The notes: a model not told the origin generated them from the letters alone. A stretch of DNA of 64,000 nucleotides from Octopus bimaculoides (GCF_001194135.2 NC_068991.1:46389147-46453146), one strand, 5' to 3'. Shown: positions 25,993-38,900, numbered from the stretch's first letter. A program made the numbers and translations.

Positions 25993-26267
25993 NNNNNNNN
26001 NNNNNNNNNNNNNNNNNNNNNNNNNNNNNNNNNNNNNNNNNNNNNNNNNNNNNNNNNNNNNNNNNNNNNNNNNNNNNNNNNNNNNNNNNNNNNNNNNNNN
26101 NNNNNNNNNNNNNNNNNNNNNNNNNNNNNNNNNNNNNNNNNNNNNNNNNNNNNNNNNNNNNNNNNNNNNNNNNNNNNNNNNNNNNNNNNNNNNNNNNNNN
26201 NNNNNNNNNNNNNNNNNNNNNNNNNNNNNNNNNNNNNNNNNNNNNNNNNNNNNNNNNNNNNNNNNNN

Positions 26268-26303
26268 NGGAAACTGAAAGAAGCGCATCGTATGTGTGTG
26301 TGC

Positions 26304-26334
<31 letters not shown>

Positions 26335-26400
26335 CGCCTGTGTTTGTCCCCTACCACTGCTTGACAACCAGTGTTGGTGTTTTTACATCGCCGTAAATAT
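26268..26400 (+). mobile_element. SINE family A, central part
   Basis: ggaaactgaaagaagc..(TG)n..tgtttgtcccc..cttgacaacc. Confidence 0.8.
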
Positions 26401-26449
26401 TTTTAAAAAACGCATTTGGCCAAACTTGCACAAACGACATAATATTCCT

Positions 26450-26600
26450 TTATTCTTTTATTTGTTTCAGTCATCTGACTGCGGCCATGCTGGAGCACCA
26501 CTTTTAGTCAAAGAAATCAACCCCAGGACTTATTCTTTTGTGAGCCTAGTACTTATTCTATCGGCCTCTTTTGGTTGAGAAGCAAGCTTCTTACCACATA
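26450..26600 (-). mobile_element. SINE family A, 3' end
   Basis: ttgtttcagtcatctgactgcggccatgctggagcacc..ccccaggacttattc. Confidence 0.85.
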
Positions 26601-26639
26601 GCCACAGACATATATGTGTAAATATACATTTATATATAC

Positions 26640-27025
26640 ATATCTTTTATCTTTTACTTGTTTCAGTCATTAGAATGCGGCCAAACTGGGACACCACCTT
26701 GTAAAATTTATAGTTGAATGTATCAAACCCAGTCCATTTTTAAAGCCTGGGTAGTTATTCTATCGGTCTTTTGACGAATTGCTAAATTACGGGGACATAG
26801 ACACACCAACATCGGCTATCAAGCGGTGAAGGGGGAGACACACATACATAAATATATATATATATATACGACAGGCTTCTTTCAGTTTCCGTATACTAAA
26901 TCCTCTCACAAAGCTCTGTTCGGCCCGACGCTGTAGTTGATGACATTTGCACAATGTGCCACGCAGTGGGACTGTATCCGGAACTATGTGGTTGGAAAGC
27001 AAGCTTCTTACCACAAAGTCATGCT
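26640..27025 (-). mobile_element. SINE family A, full length
   Basis: Reverse match to 52886-53300 end to end. Confidence 0.9.
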
Positions 27026-27159
27026 TATATATATAGTTTTAAAATGCGCTAGAGTTAGAATCAACAGAAATAATATTAATTTGAATGTACAACCGGAAGA
27101 GCTACAAATAGTTTCATGCCTTTATGATACTTGAACAGGGATATTTATAATATACGCCA

Positions 27160-27241
27160 TGTAAACGTTGTAAGCACACCAACGTCGGTTGTCAAACCTT
27201 GGCGGAGGGAGAAACACAGACACACATACAAATACATACAT

Positions 27242-27274
<33 letters not shown>

Positions 27275-27445
27275 TACATATATATACGACGGGCTTCTTT
27301 CAGTTTTCGTCTACCAAATCCGTCCACAAGGCTTTGGTCGGACCGAGGCTACTATAGTAGAAGACACTTGCCAAAGGTACCTTGTAGTACGACTGAACCC
27401 GGAAACATTTCGTTGGGAAGCAAGCTTCTTACCACACAACCAAAG
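27160..27445 (-). mobile_element. SINE family A, 3'-truncated
   Basis: gacgggcttctttcagttttcgtctaccaaatc..gaagacacttgccaaag..cttaccacac. Confidence 0.88.
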
Positions 27446-27635
27446 TGCATGTATACTCCTATACGTAGGCGCACAACTTCCCACGTATATATGCGTGTGT
27501 GTATGTATCTGTCTGTGTGTGTGTTTGCGGTGTGTGTATGTGAGTGTGTGTATGTATTGATATATGTAAGGGTGCATGTACGTACTTATGAGAGTGCATA
27601 CGTAACGATGTGTGTGAAGTTAGATATGGTTGCGA

Positions 27636-27724
27636 AGACGTCAATACAAGTTTCAGTACATTCTAACTGACGTCATCTCTTTGACGGCCGACTGGTAGCT
27701 ACATGTACGTCAAACTATGACGCA
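27636..27724. promoter_or_regulatory. Cluster of CRE and half-CRE sites
   Basis: AGACGTCA 27636-27643, TGACGTCA 27668-27675, TGACG 27682-27686, TACGTCA 27706-27712, TGACGCA 27718-27724. Confidence 0.35.
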
Positions 27725-27982
27725 CAATCTAACCAACCCTCAAGCCAGCCAGCCAGCCAGCTAACCGACCAGCTCCTCGATAATCTTAGCAGGGGCAATT
27801 AACAACACAGTTATGTTGATTCATCGTTATCGATATTTGACGATCATAGTGTGTATCGGTGTGCATCTGTCCACATATTGTTTGAAACATATACATGTGT
27901 TTGCGTGCGCGTATGTTTGGGCGCGCGCTCACGCGTGTGTATGTGTGCGTGCACGCGCGTATTTGTAGATACACAGGCGCAA

Positions 27983-28021
<39 letters not shown>

Positions 28022-28029
28022 CATTGTAT

Positions 28030-28200
28030 GATATAGGTGCAGGTGTGGGTGTGTGGGAAAAAGTTTGCTTCCAAATCATGTGCTTCAGGGTTCATTGTCA
28101 CTGCGTGGTACTTTCGTCTGGTGTCTTCTACCATGGTCCCAGGCTGACCAAATGCTTGTGAGTGGGCTTGGTAGACAGAAATTGAAAGAAACCCGTCGTG
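28030..28200 (+). mobile_element. SINE family A, 5' half
   Basis: ataggtgcaggtgtgg..tttgcttccaaatcatgtg..gtcttctaccat..ttgtgagtgg..gaaagaaacccgtc. Confidence 0.8.
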
Positions 28201-28269
28201 TGTGTATGTATGTATGTACGTATGCGTGTGTGCGTCTGTGCATAACGAAAAAAATTAACTAGATTATGG

Positions 28270-28870
28270 TTAGGAGACGATAGTTTGCTTTAAGAAGACG
28301 CCCTCAGATTCCACCACATCCCCAAGCGTCTCAGGAACCTGGCTCATGCGTTTCTGACTAAGTCCATGGACCGATCTTTGAACAGTTCCTTGATTTGGGC
28401 CACTAGCTCAACCTTGGTTCTGCTACAGGCATAGCAGCTGGTGTCTTTATAAAATGGACCTTACACATTAATAATCATTAAGATTACAATCGGAGGAATT
28501 AGGTGGCCAGAAATTGCAGCTGGTGAAGTTGTAGAAATTCTCCGACAACCAGTTGTGACTCCTTCCGGAAATATGACCTGGACCCGAATCCTGCTGCCAC
28601 ACATGGTCTTCCAGTTTGACCACAGCCTCAGGTTCACATCTGCCTGGCGTATCATGATACCACCCTTACCGGAGAAACACCCATAGAGAACTTGGTGTCC
28701 ATGTCACGTCTTGCGACCTTTACAGTGTTTGCAGAGTATTGAGTAGCAGTCATATTATATGCATTCTGATACTCAGTACGGATCTTGATACAAGTAACTC
28801 TTTTCCTATATTGAGAGGACTTCCGGTGTTCCATGTCAGCTAACTCTTTCCAAAATACGATTTTAATCAT
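28270..28870 (-). mobile_element. Tc1/mariner DD37D (maT) transposase remnant
   Basis: VWQQDSGPGHISGRSHNWLSENFYNFTSCNFWPPNSSDCNLNDY*. Asp codons at 28588-28590 and 28474-28476 are 114 nt apart, giving 37 intervening residues. Confidence 0.88.
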
Positions 28871-29348
28871 TATTCATTATTCTCTCCAAAGCTGTTCACT
28901 TTTCACCTATACATCGAACTGATCCTGGAAAAAGGAGATATACGTTTAACCCGAACACCCTGTATGCGTGTGCGTTTGTAAACACACACACGCACGCACA
29001 CATACACATACACATATATCCATGTTTACATCCAAGAATTTACTTATGATTATTTGAGCGCTTATATACATATATATAGAGAGAGAGAGATGCACTTGCA
29101 TAGCAAGTGACCTGATCTGAGATCGTGTGCTGGAACGAAAACAATTGCAGCGTGGAAGGTGTTTATAAGCCATTTAAAATAACACACAAAATCCGTTAGA
29201 TTCACTTCAACATTTAAATTTAATTTGTCAAAATATTTTCGTCGCTTTGAGACCGCGACCTGTTCACTGACAAAATATGTATATATTTTATGTATACAGG
29301 AATGTATATTTCTGCATGTATAAGCATGCGCCTATGGAGCTATGAGGG

Positions 29349-29388
<40 letters not shown>

Positions 29389-29878
29389 GTGCATACGAGT
29401 GTATAGGTATATATGATGTGTATGTGAATGTGTACGTGTGTATTACTACAATGTCTGTAGATAATGTAACCTGTGTATGAACGTGTGGTGGGTACACACG
29501 CACGAGCGAGCGGCTGTGTGTGCGCGTGCGAGCCAGAATAGTGCGTGCAAGATTAGTGCGTGAGCGCGCGTGCAAGATTAGTACTGAGGTGTATAAAAAG
29601 GTGTGCATGTGCTTATATTATGTGTGTGCATGTGCGTATGACATTCAGCGTGAATCATATTCATAGATGAAAGTACATCTACGCGCCTAAGTGCGGGTGC
29701 CTTCGTGTGTGTAGGTGCATGATAGCATGAATATGTGTGTTTGTGTACGTATATAGGGGGAGGTCTATAGTATAAACAATCGATGGTGGACATAATGACG
29801 TCATTCTCCAATGAAAGGTGTGCAGAAATAATTTTAGTGCCGCTTAATAATAATTGTATTGTGCGAAATGGATATATA

Positions 29879-29917
<39 letters not shown>

Positions 29918-29963
29918 ATGTGTCTGTTGTATGTATATATGTGTGTATGTAGATACGAATAGC

Positions 29964-29996
<33 letters not shown>

Positions 29997-30087
29997 ACGT
30001 ATGTATATACATATATAGTTATATATATATATATATACACAGGTATATATATACATGCATGTATATATATGTATATATATATATATG

Positions 30088-30148
<61 letters not shown>

Positions 30149-31659
30149 NNNNNNNNNNNNNNNNNNNNNNNNNNNNNNNNNNNNNNNNNNNNNNNNNNNN
30201 NNNNNNNNNNNNNNNNNNNNNNNNNNNNNNNNNNNNNNNNNNNNNNNNNNNNNNNNNNNNNNNNNNNNNNNNNNNNNNNNNNNNNNNNNNNNNNNNNNNN
30301 NNNNNNNNNNNNNNNNNNNNNNNNNNNNNNNNNNNNNNNNNNNNNNNNNNNNNNNNNNNNNNNNNNNNNNNNNNNNNNNNNNNNNNNNNNNNNNNNNNNN
30401 NNNNNNNNNNNNNNNNNNNNNNNNNNNNNNNNNNNNNNNNNNNNNNNNNNNNNNNNNNNNNNNNNNNNNNNNNNNNNNNNNNNNNNNNNNNNNNNNNNNN
30501 NNNNNNNNNNNNNNNNNNNNNNNNNNNNNNNNNNNNNNNNNNNNNNNNNNNNNNNNNNNNNNNNNNNNNNNNNNNNNNNNNNNNNNNNNNNNNNNNNNNN
30601 NNNNNNNNNNNNNNNNNNNNNNNNNNNNNNNNNNNNNNNNNNNNNNNNNNNNNNNNNNNNNNNNNNNNNNNNNNNNNNNNNNNNNNNNNNNNNNNNNNNN
30701 NNNNNNNNNNNNNNNNNNNNNNNNNNNNNNNNNNNNNNNNNNNNNNNNNNNNNNNNNNNNNNNNNNNNNNNNNNNNNNNNNNNNNNNNNNNNNNNNNNNN
30801 NNNNNNNNNNNNNNNNNNNNNNNNNNNNNNNNNNNNNNNNNNNNNNNNNNNNNNNNNNNNNNNNNNNNNNNNNNNNNNNNNNNNNNNNNNNNNNNNNNNN
30901 NNNNNNNNNNNNNNNNNNNNNNNNNNNNNNNNNNNNNNNNNNNNNNNNNNNNNNNNNNNNNNNNNNNNNNNNNNNNNNNNNNNNNNNNNNNNNNNNNNNN
31001 NNNNNNNNNNNNNNNNNNNNNNNNNNNNNNNNNNNNNNNNNNNNNNNNNNNNNNNNNNATATACACACATATATATGTATATATATATATATGTGTGTGT
31101 GTATATATATATGTATATAAATATATATATATAAATATACATATATACATATATACACACACATATATATATATATGTGTGTGTGCGTGTATATATATAT
31201 ATATATATATATATACTGTCGTGTATATATAAATATATATATATATGTGATGTACATATATATATGTGTGTGTGCGTGTATGTGTGTGCGTTTGAGAGAG
31301 AGAGAGGGGGGAGGAAAGATGGGGAATGAATTTGTGGCTGTGAGATATATACATACCTCATTAGAAGTAGAAATAACGTAACACTATATCTATTATTTCG
31401 ATCTTAAGATGAATCATTCTGATTCAGGGCAATCACTTACTCATATTTCCCTTTCTCTCTCTTTTTCTCTCTCTCTCTTTTTATCTATTATCTATCTCTG
31501 TGCCTCCCTCTTTCTCTCTTGCTTGCTCGCTCTATTTCTTTTGCTCCCGTCACGCTTGATCTGTGAAATGGACAAACAGATAAGCTTGCAAAGGCACGTA
31601 TACAAAATTATACACTGTTTAGTTATATTATATATTTTTCATTTTGGTGTGACTTTGTT

Positions 31660-31930
31660 GTAAGACGTTTGATTCCTAATCACATGTTTCCGGGTTCAGT
31701 CCCACTGTGTGACACTTTGGGCAAGTGTCTTCTGCTATAACCTAGGGCCGACCAAAGCCTTGTGAGTGGACCTGGTAAACGAAAACTGAAAGAAGCCCGT
31801 CATGCGTATATATATATACATGGTTTGTGTGTGTATCTTTGTGTCTCTGTTTGTCACCTACCTCTGCTTGGCAACCGGTGTTGGTGTATTTACGTCACCG
31901 TACCTAGCGGTTCGGCAAAAAGAGGTAGGG
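31660..31930 (+). mobile_element. SINE family A
   Basis: ccgggttcagtcccactgtgtgacactttgggcaagtgtcttctgctataacctagggccgaccaaagccttgtgagtgg. Confidence 0.9.
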
Positions 31931-31982
31931 GAAAAACAGACAATAATAATAATAATTATTATTATTATTATTATTATTATTA

Positions 31983-32038
<56 letters not shown>

Positions 32039-32048
32039 GTTGTTGTTA

Positions 32049-32383
32049 AGTAGTTTCATTTTTATAACGTGCTTTCACTTCACTACCGAGTGCAGCTCTG
32101 TGTGCCTTGGGTATGTGCTGTGGTTTGCTGTGATGCTCTTATGGTTACTGTATTGAAAGTGTTTTGCGTAGGATGTGCGCAGTGCCCAGTAGTGCAATTT
32201 TCTGTATGTTATATATATTTGTAAGTCCTGGTGTTTTTGTTATGTATTTGTCTGAATATTTTTTTTATCATACCTAATGCGCCCACTATGATAGAAATTG
32301 TATCCGTTTTTAGACTCCACATTCGAGCTTCCTCTATTTCCAGGTCTTTGTATTCTGAAAGCTTCTCCATTTCTCTTAGAGAA
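32049..32383 (-). mobile_element. R4/Dong LINE 3' end, young subfamily
   Basis: EKLSEYKDLEIEEARMWSLKTDTISIIVGALGMIK..QKIALLGTAHILRKTLSIQ* (stop 32145-32147); (ATT)n adjacent; runs into a gap. Confidence 0.9.
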
Positions 32384-32855
32384 NNNNNNNNNNNNNNNNN
32401 NNNNNNNNNNNNNNNNNNNNNNNNNNNNNNNNNNNNNNNNNNNNNNNNNNNNNNNNNNNNNNNNNNNNNNNNNNNNNNNNNNNNNNNNNNNNNNNNNNNN
32501 NNNNNNNNNNNNNNNNNNNNNNNNNNNNNNNNNNNNNNNNNNNNNNNNNNNNNNNNNNNNNNNNNNNNNNNNNNNNNNNNNNNNNNNNNNNNNNNNNNNN
32601 NNNNNNNNNNNNNNNNNNNNNNNNNNNNNNNNNNNNNNNNNNNNNNNNNNNNNNNNNNNNNNNNNNNNNNNNNNNNNNNNNNNNNNNNNNNNNNNNNNNN
32701 NNNNNNNNNNNNNNNNNNNNNNNNNNNNNNNNNNNNNNNNNNNNNNNNNNNNNNNNNNNNNNNNNNNNNNNNNNNNNNNNNNNNNNNNNNNNNNNNNNNN
32801 NNNNNNNNNNNNNNNNNNNNNNNNNNNNNNNNNNNNNNNNNNNNNNNNNNNNNNN

Positions 32856-32971
<116 letters not shown>

Positions 32972-33029
32972 GATCCAACTTGTACAAATGCAAAGCAAAA
33001 GTCAAACATAAAATAATAATAATAATAAT

Positions 33030-33090
33030 ACTTTTCTACTCCAGGCACAAGGTCCGAAATTTTGGGGGAAAGGGCCAGTCGATTACTACT
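33030..33090 (-). mobile_element. SINE family B, 3' tip
   Basis: cttttctactccaggcacaaggtccgaaattttggggg..ccagtcgatta. Confidence 0.8.
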
Positions 33091-33164
33091 AATACTACTA
33101 CTATAATGAGTGAATAGGTTCATTAACAGATACGCTGTTCTCCCTTTCTCACGTGCACGAGGAC

Positions 33165-33420
33165 GATACTCTGAGGTATTGTACTCATGATCGCGAGATC
33201 GTGGTTTCGATTCTCGTTCCGGGCAGTATGTTGTGTTCTTGAGAAAAACACATTGTTTTATGTTGCTCTGCGATCACATCGACATCTGACGTATAGCAAG
33301 CACATGGTGCATCAGTAGAGGCAATGTCGACTTCATGGAGAGACTAAGCTACCGTACAACGCAAACGTTAGATCACAATGTGTGACAAAGACATCAATAA
33401 TTGCTCAAAATGAATATTTA
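33165..33420 (+). mobile_element. SINE family C head with a third tail type
   Basis: actcatgatcgcgagatcgtggtttcgattc..ttgtgttcttgagaaaaacac matches 16270-16345, then diverges. Confidence 0.65.
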
Positions 33421-33994
33421 ATGAACGCCAACATATGAATCTATTTATCTAAATATGCATTTATACATGCATGTATTTATATTTGTATAAACTAAGGAAT
33501 ATGTGTAGACACAGTCATGATATAGTAATTAAGAAGTTCCTTTTGTGGTCATGTGGTGTTGTGTTGGATCCCACTGCGTGTTATCTTTACCACAGCCTCG
33601 TGTCACTACAAGCTTTGTGAATGAAACTGGGCGAATGGAGATTGTATGGAGGCCCGTCGGACGGAACGTACCGGTATTTCAAAAGTCCAGTGTTATCACA
33701 ATAGCCCACGGATTTGGTTTGAGAATTACATTACAAATACATGTATGTGCAGAATACTCAGTGCAGACACATTAGTTTAGAGTCAGATGTTTTATTGGTA
33801 GAACAACTGAATACTCATCGTCAAAAGTTAGGGTGGATCCATCGCTTCATCTATCTATCTATCTGTCTGTCTATCTATTTATCTACTTATCAGACAATTT
33901 GCTTATCTGTCTATCAGCTATGAATATCTAAAGGCTGATGTTTTAAACGATTTGGCCTAACCATTACTATAGAAAAGGAACATAATTCTTTAAA

Positions 33995-34360
33995 CTTGTT
34001 GTTGGCACTCCGTCGCTTACGACGTCGAGGGTTCCACTTGATCCGATCAGCGGAACAGCCTGCTTGGGAAATTAACGTGCAAGTGGCTCAGCACTCCACA
34101 GACACGTGTACCTTTAACGTAGTTCTCGGGCATATTCAGCGTGACACAGAGTGACAAGGCTGACCCTTTGAATTACAAGAGTGAGAGAAAGTTGTCGTGA
34201 AAGAGTACAGCAGGGTTCACCACCATCCCCTGCCGGAGCCTCGTGGAGCTTTTTAGGTGTTTTTGCTCAATAAAGACTCACAACGCCCGGTCTGGGAATC
34301 GAAACCGTGATCCTATGACCGCGAGTCCGCTGCCCTAACCACTGGGCCATTGCGCCTCCA
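33995..34360 (-). mobile_element. tRNA-derived SINE family C, alternative middle plus tail type 2, full length
   Basis: Minus strand: tggaggcgcaatggcccagtggttaggg (A box), ggtttcgattccc (B box); tail matches 38108-38280; ends in (CAA)n. Confidence 0.9.
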
Positions 34361-34364
34361 CTAT

Positions 34365-34930
34365 TCTATAAACTATAAACTACTTAGACGCCAGCTGCAA
34401 CCTAGCCATGTGACTACATGAACCCTACATAAAACATCGAATACAAACCTCAAATATATAAACGCATCGAGTAACCATCCGAACTTTATTAAAAAAGAGG
34501 ACTGGTACAAAGCATCAGCTAAAGAATTTCAGGCCTCTCTTCCAACAAAGATATCTTTAATGAGTATAAGGAATTCTACAATAGCGCATTACAAAAAGCA
34601 GATTATAAGCAAAAAATTAAATATCTAGACTTAGAACACTATAGAAATAATCGGAATAACATAAATGCGCAAGACAATTATCATAACAGTAACTATACTC
34701 CAAATGACATTAACAACCATAACAACAATATGAGCAACATTAATAAGATTAACAACAATAATAATAACAAAAAAAAACAATAAGATTAATGATAAGTTTC
34801 AAACTAAGATAACTAACATTAAAAATGATAACAAAAGTAATACCAACAATGTGAAAAATAATAATATTAAGAATACTAATATGAATAACAAAAATTTGAA
34901 TATTAATAAGAATAAAAATAACCCACCCTA
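34365..34930 (+). mobile_element. Penelope-like element, RT C-terminal remnant followed by Asn-rich low complexity
   Basis: INYLDASCNL, YINASSNHP, SKRISGLSSNKDIFNEYKEFYNSALQKADYKQKIKY across frameshifts. Confidence 0.8.
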
Positions 34931-35233
34931 AAGAACCAATATAACTCCAGTTAAAAATGCTTGGTATTATTATTCTTAACTGATATACTGAAACAGCTGT
35001 AAACTTACTCTAACTTACTCTCATCTTACTTAATTAAACAATGGCTTTATAACACGAAAAGATCCACTTCTCATTGCTATTTATTTCTCCATTTTCTTAT
35101 CGTCTTTATATACATCAAACTACGGTTTACCTTTTAAATTACCTACTACCGTACACCTTATAACAAGGACCATACATACTGAGGTAATTACCAGGAGTGC
35201 CTCTGGATACATCTATCCCTTAGATGGTTTTAA

Positions 35234-35284
<51 letters not shown>

Positions 35285-35619
35285 ATATATATATATATAT
35301 ATNNNNNNNNNNNNNNNNNNNNNNNNNNNNNNNNNNNNNNNNNNNNNNNNNNNNNNNNNNNNNNNNNNNNNNNNNNNNNNNNNNNNNNNNNNNNNNNNNN
35401 NNNNNNNNNNNNNNNNNNNNNNNNNNNNNNNNNNNNNNNNNNNNNNNNNNNNNNNNNNNNNNNNNNNNNNNNNNNNNNNNNNNNNNNNNNNNNNNNNNNN
35501 NNNNNNNNNNNNNNNNNNNNNNNNNNNNNNNNNNNNNNNNNNNNNNNNNNNNNNNNNNNNNNNNNNNNNNNNNNNNNNNNNNNNNNNNNNNNNNNNNNNN
35601 NNNNNNNNNNNNATATATA

Positions 35620-35830
35620 TATATTCTTTCTGTTATAGGCAGAAGATCTGAATTTTGGGGAAAAACGGGGTTAGTCAATGACATCGGCCACAGTGCTAAA
35701 CTGGTACTTATTTTAGCGACCCCGTTAAGGTAAAGAAGCAAAATTGACCCCCGAAGGAATTTGAGCTCAAAACGTAAAGCCGGAAAAAATGCCACTCTAT
35801 GTTTCCGGCATGCAAGCGATTCTGGCGACT
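35620..35830 (-). mobile_element. SINE family B
   Basis: ttctgttataggcag..ctggtacttattttagcgacccc..gctcaaaacgtaaag..ttctggcgactcgccgcc. Confidence 0.85.
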
Positions 35831-36664
35831 CGCCGCCTTTGTGTATATATGCATATTCATGTATGCATTGATGTATGTATGTATGTATGTTATCAATCAG
35901 TTACATTTCTGCATTTCTTGTTCATAGAGAAAGAGCCGGACTCTAACATAGATTCAAGGCTCCTTCATTGGAACTTTTATCAACATCATCTAGCTATTTG
36001 TGCATATGTGTATGTGTGTGCAGTATTTGGTGTTAGTGTATGCGCAGATTTGTATGTTTGTTTTATGGATGCGTTTTTATGTATATATTTTCATGTCTAG
36101 ATGCATGCATATGTATTTATGTGCTAAATTTTTGGAAAGTTTTACATATCTTTACAGTTCCATTGATGGCTTTAATCTGTACTCTTCTAATCAGCCTTTT
36201 TCTTTCAGGTTTTGAGAACCCTAATTTTTCCAGGTTTTTGTATGTATGTATGTATGTATGTATGTATTCGTGTGGGGGGATGCGCGGAGGGAGTGGGGAT
36301 GTGGGGGGATGTGTATGGGGGATATGTATGGGGGTATGCGTGAGGGATGCGTGTGGGGGGTTGAGTGTAGGAGGATGCGTGTGGAGGTGGGCACCGATGC
36401 AAACAACTAATACGTTTTTATCTTTATCTTTTATTGTTTTCAATCCATCTCTTAAAACGTATGTATTTTTCTCAACAAGATATCCGGACCATGACCTCGC
36501 ATTCAACCTGAAGGCCGAGGCTATGAACTTCCACGACCCCGATTGGTTTTTGTCTAAGAAAACTACTTTTTCTAATTGAGTTAGTATTCTTCGCTCTGTT
36601 TTTCTTTGGCTTTTCCGACGGTGTGTGTCATTGACAAACTTATTAATGTTTATGATTTATCTCT

Positions 36665-36698
<34 letters not shown>

Positions 36699-37204
36699 TT
36701 TATTCTTATGATTCTCCTTCGTTTCGCTATTTATATATTTTTACTGCAGAGGACAAAAATATGTATTTGAAAACAACTGTAATGATGCATGAATGCTCTA
36801 TATTTCCAGAACCATTGAAAACTATTCTGGTGATTGCGGTGATGGTGTTGTAGCTGGTGAAGACGGGGGTAAGAGGAAGCGGAGATTGGTGTTGGACAAG
36901 AAGGGGGAGGTGAGGGTGGGTTGCAATTTTAATGGCTGAAAATGAATGCATTCGTATTTCAAGCAAGGCTTACTTACTTAACGCTGGTATTTCTGCGAGA
37001 AACGTAAAAATTAAGCCGTCACGTGCCTAAAACTGTGAATACACGTGCGTGTGTGTATACATATGCCCATGCGCCAATGTTTATCTGCGCGTAAGAAGCT
37101 ATATTAGTACGCATGCATGTAGATATGAATGTGTGTGAGAATCCACTATACGTATGTGTGCTTGTGCGTGTGTGAGCTAGTGTGTGTGCTAGTGAGTGTG
37201 TGTG

Positions 37205-37255
<51 letters not shown>

Positions 37256-37689
37256 CTGTCTGTCTGTCTGTGTGTCATTTGCGTATTACATTTTATGTTC
37301 TCGTGTAGTTCAGGCGGTAATGCAGTTAATGTATGTATTCAGATACGCGGTTTCATGTCTTTTTCACATGTGCTTGTGTCAATATAATCTGTGTGTGTAT
37401 GTTTGTGTGTGTGTGCGTGCGTATAAATGTTTCTCTGTGTGTGTGTGTAAAAGTTTGTGTGTGTGTGTGTGTATGTGTGTGTGTATGCGAGTGTGTGTGT
37501 GTGAGGGGGTGTGTGTGAGGGAGTGCGTGTGTAGGATTGCAATCGCCGAAGAGAACTCAGTAAACTCTTTAGAAACGTGTCTGCGATCAGATTTTTATTC
37601 TTAGATGTAGCCGTTTCCACTGCCCATGACCTTGGGAAATATATAAGCTTATAATTAACGGATGTTTATTGTTTTGTATTGACTTACGT

Positions 37690-37950
37690 AGAGGTCAGCG
37701 AAGTGTCACAAGCCGCTGCCCGGCGAATACTGCATTTAGTTTCGATAATCTCCATTCTGAGTTCGATTCCCTTCCAGGTCGACTTTGTTCATTTCTGTCC
37801 TCGAAAAAGTACAATAGCACCAAGACATCAGCAAACTATCGGTCATCAGTTGATCATTTAGAATTTTTTATACTACTTGTTCCAAATCTTGGTCCACTGA
37901 GTTCAAATCCCACACTGGCGAACTCATGTTTTTAAGTCGATAAACAAAAC
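37690..37950 (+). mobile_element. SINE family B, one copy plus partial repeat
   Basis: ttctgagttcgattccc..gtcgactttg; second gagttcaaatccc..gtcgataaa at 37898-37945. Confidence 0.7.
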
Positions 37951-37968
37951 ACTAGTCCACTATAGTGT

Positions 37969-38280
37969 AGGCGCGTGGCCTAGTGGTTAGAGTATTTGGT
38001 TCACGGTCTTAAAGTCATGAATTCGATTCCCGGCGGTGCGATGTGTCCTTGAGCAAGATGCTTTGTTTCACATTGTTCAAGTCCACTCAGCTGTCAAAAA
38101 TGAGTTGTACTTGTATTTCGAAGGGTCAGCCTTGTCTCTTTCTGTGTCACGCTGAATTTTCTTGTGAACTATGTTAAGGGTATGCATGTCTATGGAGTTC
38201 TCAGCCACTTGCACGTTAATTTCACGAGCAGGCTGTTTTGTTGATCGGATCAACTGGAACCCTCGTCATCGTAGCCGACT
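37969..38280 (+). mobile_element. tRNA-derived SINE family C, middle type 1 plus tail type 2
   Basis: ggcgcgtggcctagtggttag A box, ttcgattccc B box, gtccactcagctg..aaatgagt middle, gtcagccttgtc..gatcggatcaactggaaccctcg tail. Confidence 0.9.
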
Positions 38281-38367
38281 AATCCATGAAAGTCTACAGT
38301 CACATATAGAAAAATTAATAAGTAAAAGCACGAGAAATAAGTATAATATAATACTAAGTAAATATCA

Positions 38368-38900
38368 TAAGATAAAGATTCCTGGATGACTGCGCCGTAT
38401 CTTGGAACAGAAATGTGGAAGACCTTAAAAGATTCGTTAAATGAATAAAAAGCATTCAGGAATTGATCCATTTCCCCAAGGAAAGGAATGAAAGAGGACG
38501 TCCCGTTTTAGACATTCTGATAAAGAAAACGAAATGATTACAACCGATATCTACTGCAAGGACAGGGATACACTCCAATATTTAGATTTTAGATATTGCA
38601 ACGCATCCCAAAAGGGGCATTCTATAAAATACAGCAAGACATAAATGCTCAATAGTTAAGGACACAAATAGGCCAAAGGAGTGACTGGTAGAACTATATA
38701 TGCTCCTTCAGCTACAAAAATACCCGAAAAACTTTGCAAACCAAGATAAAACAGATCCTGTTTCCATTTGCAGTCATCTTGAAGCCAAACATTTTAAATC
38801 AGGTCAAACAATGTGCTCCACTTCAACAAATCTTAACAAAAGCGGAATTTACATGAGAAGAAATAATGAGTGTAACAAACTATGGAATCTTATGTTAAGG
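38368..38900 (+). mobile_element. Penelope-like element, RT catalytic and C-terminal remnant
   Basis: RFLDDC at 38376-38393, PVLDILI, ITTDIYCKDRDTLQYLDF, LLQLQKYP. Confidence 0.8.

Noticed and set aside
29090-29275. Complex island that I recall as an abundant octopus repeat
   Set aside because: Single copy in this window and no structural hallmark; cannot be supported from the sequence alone.
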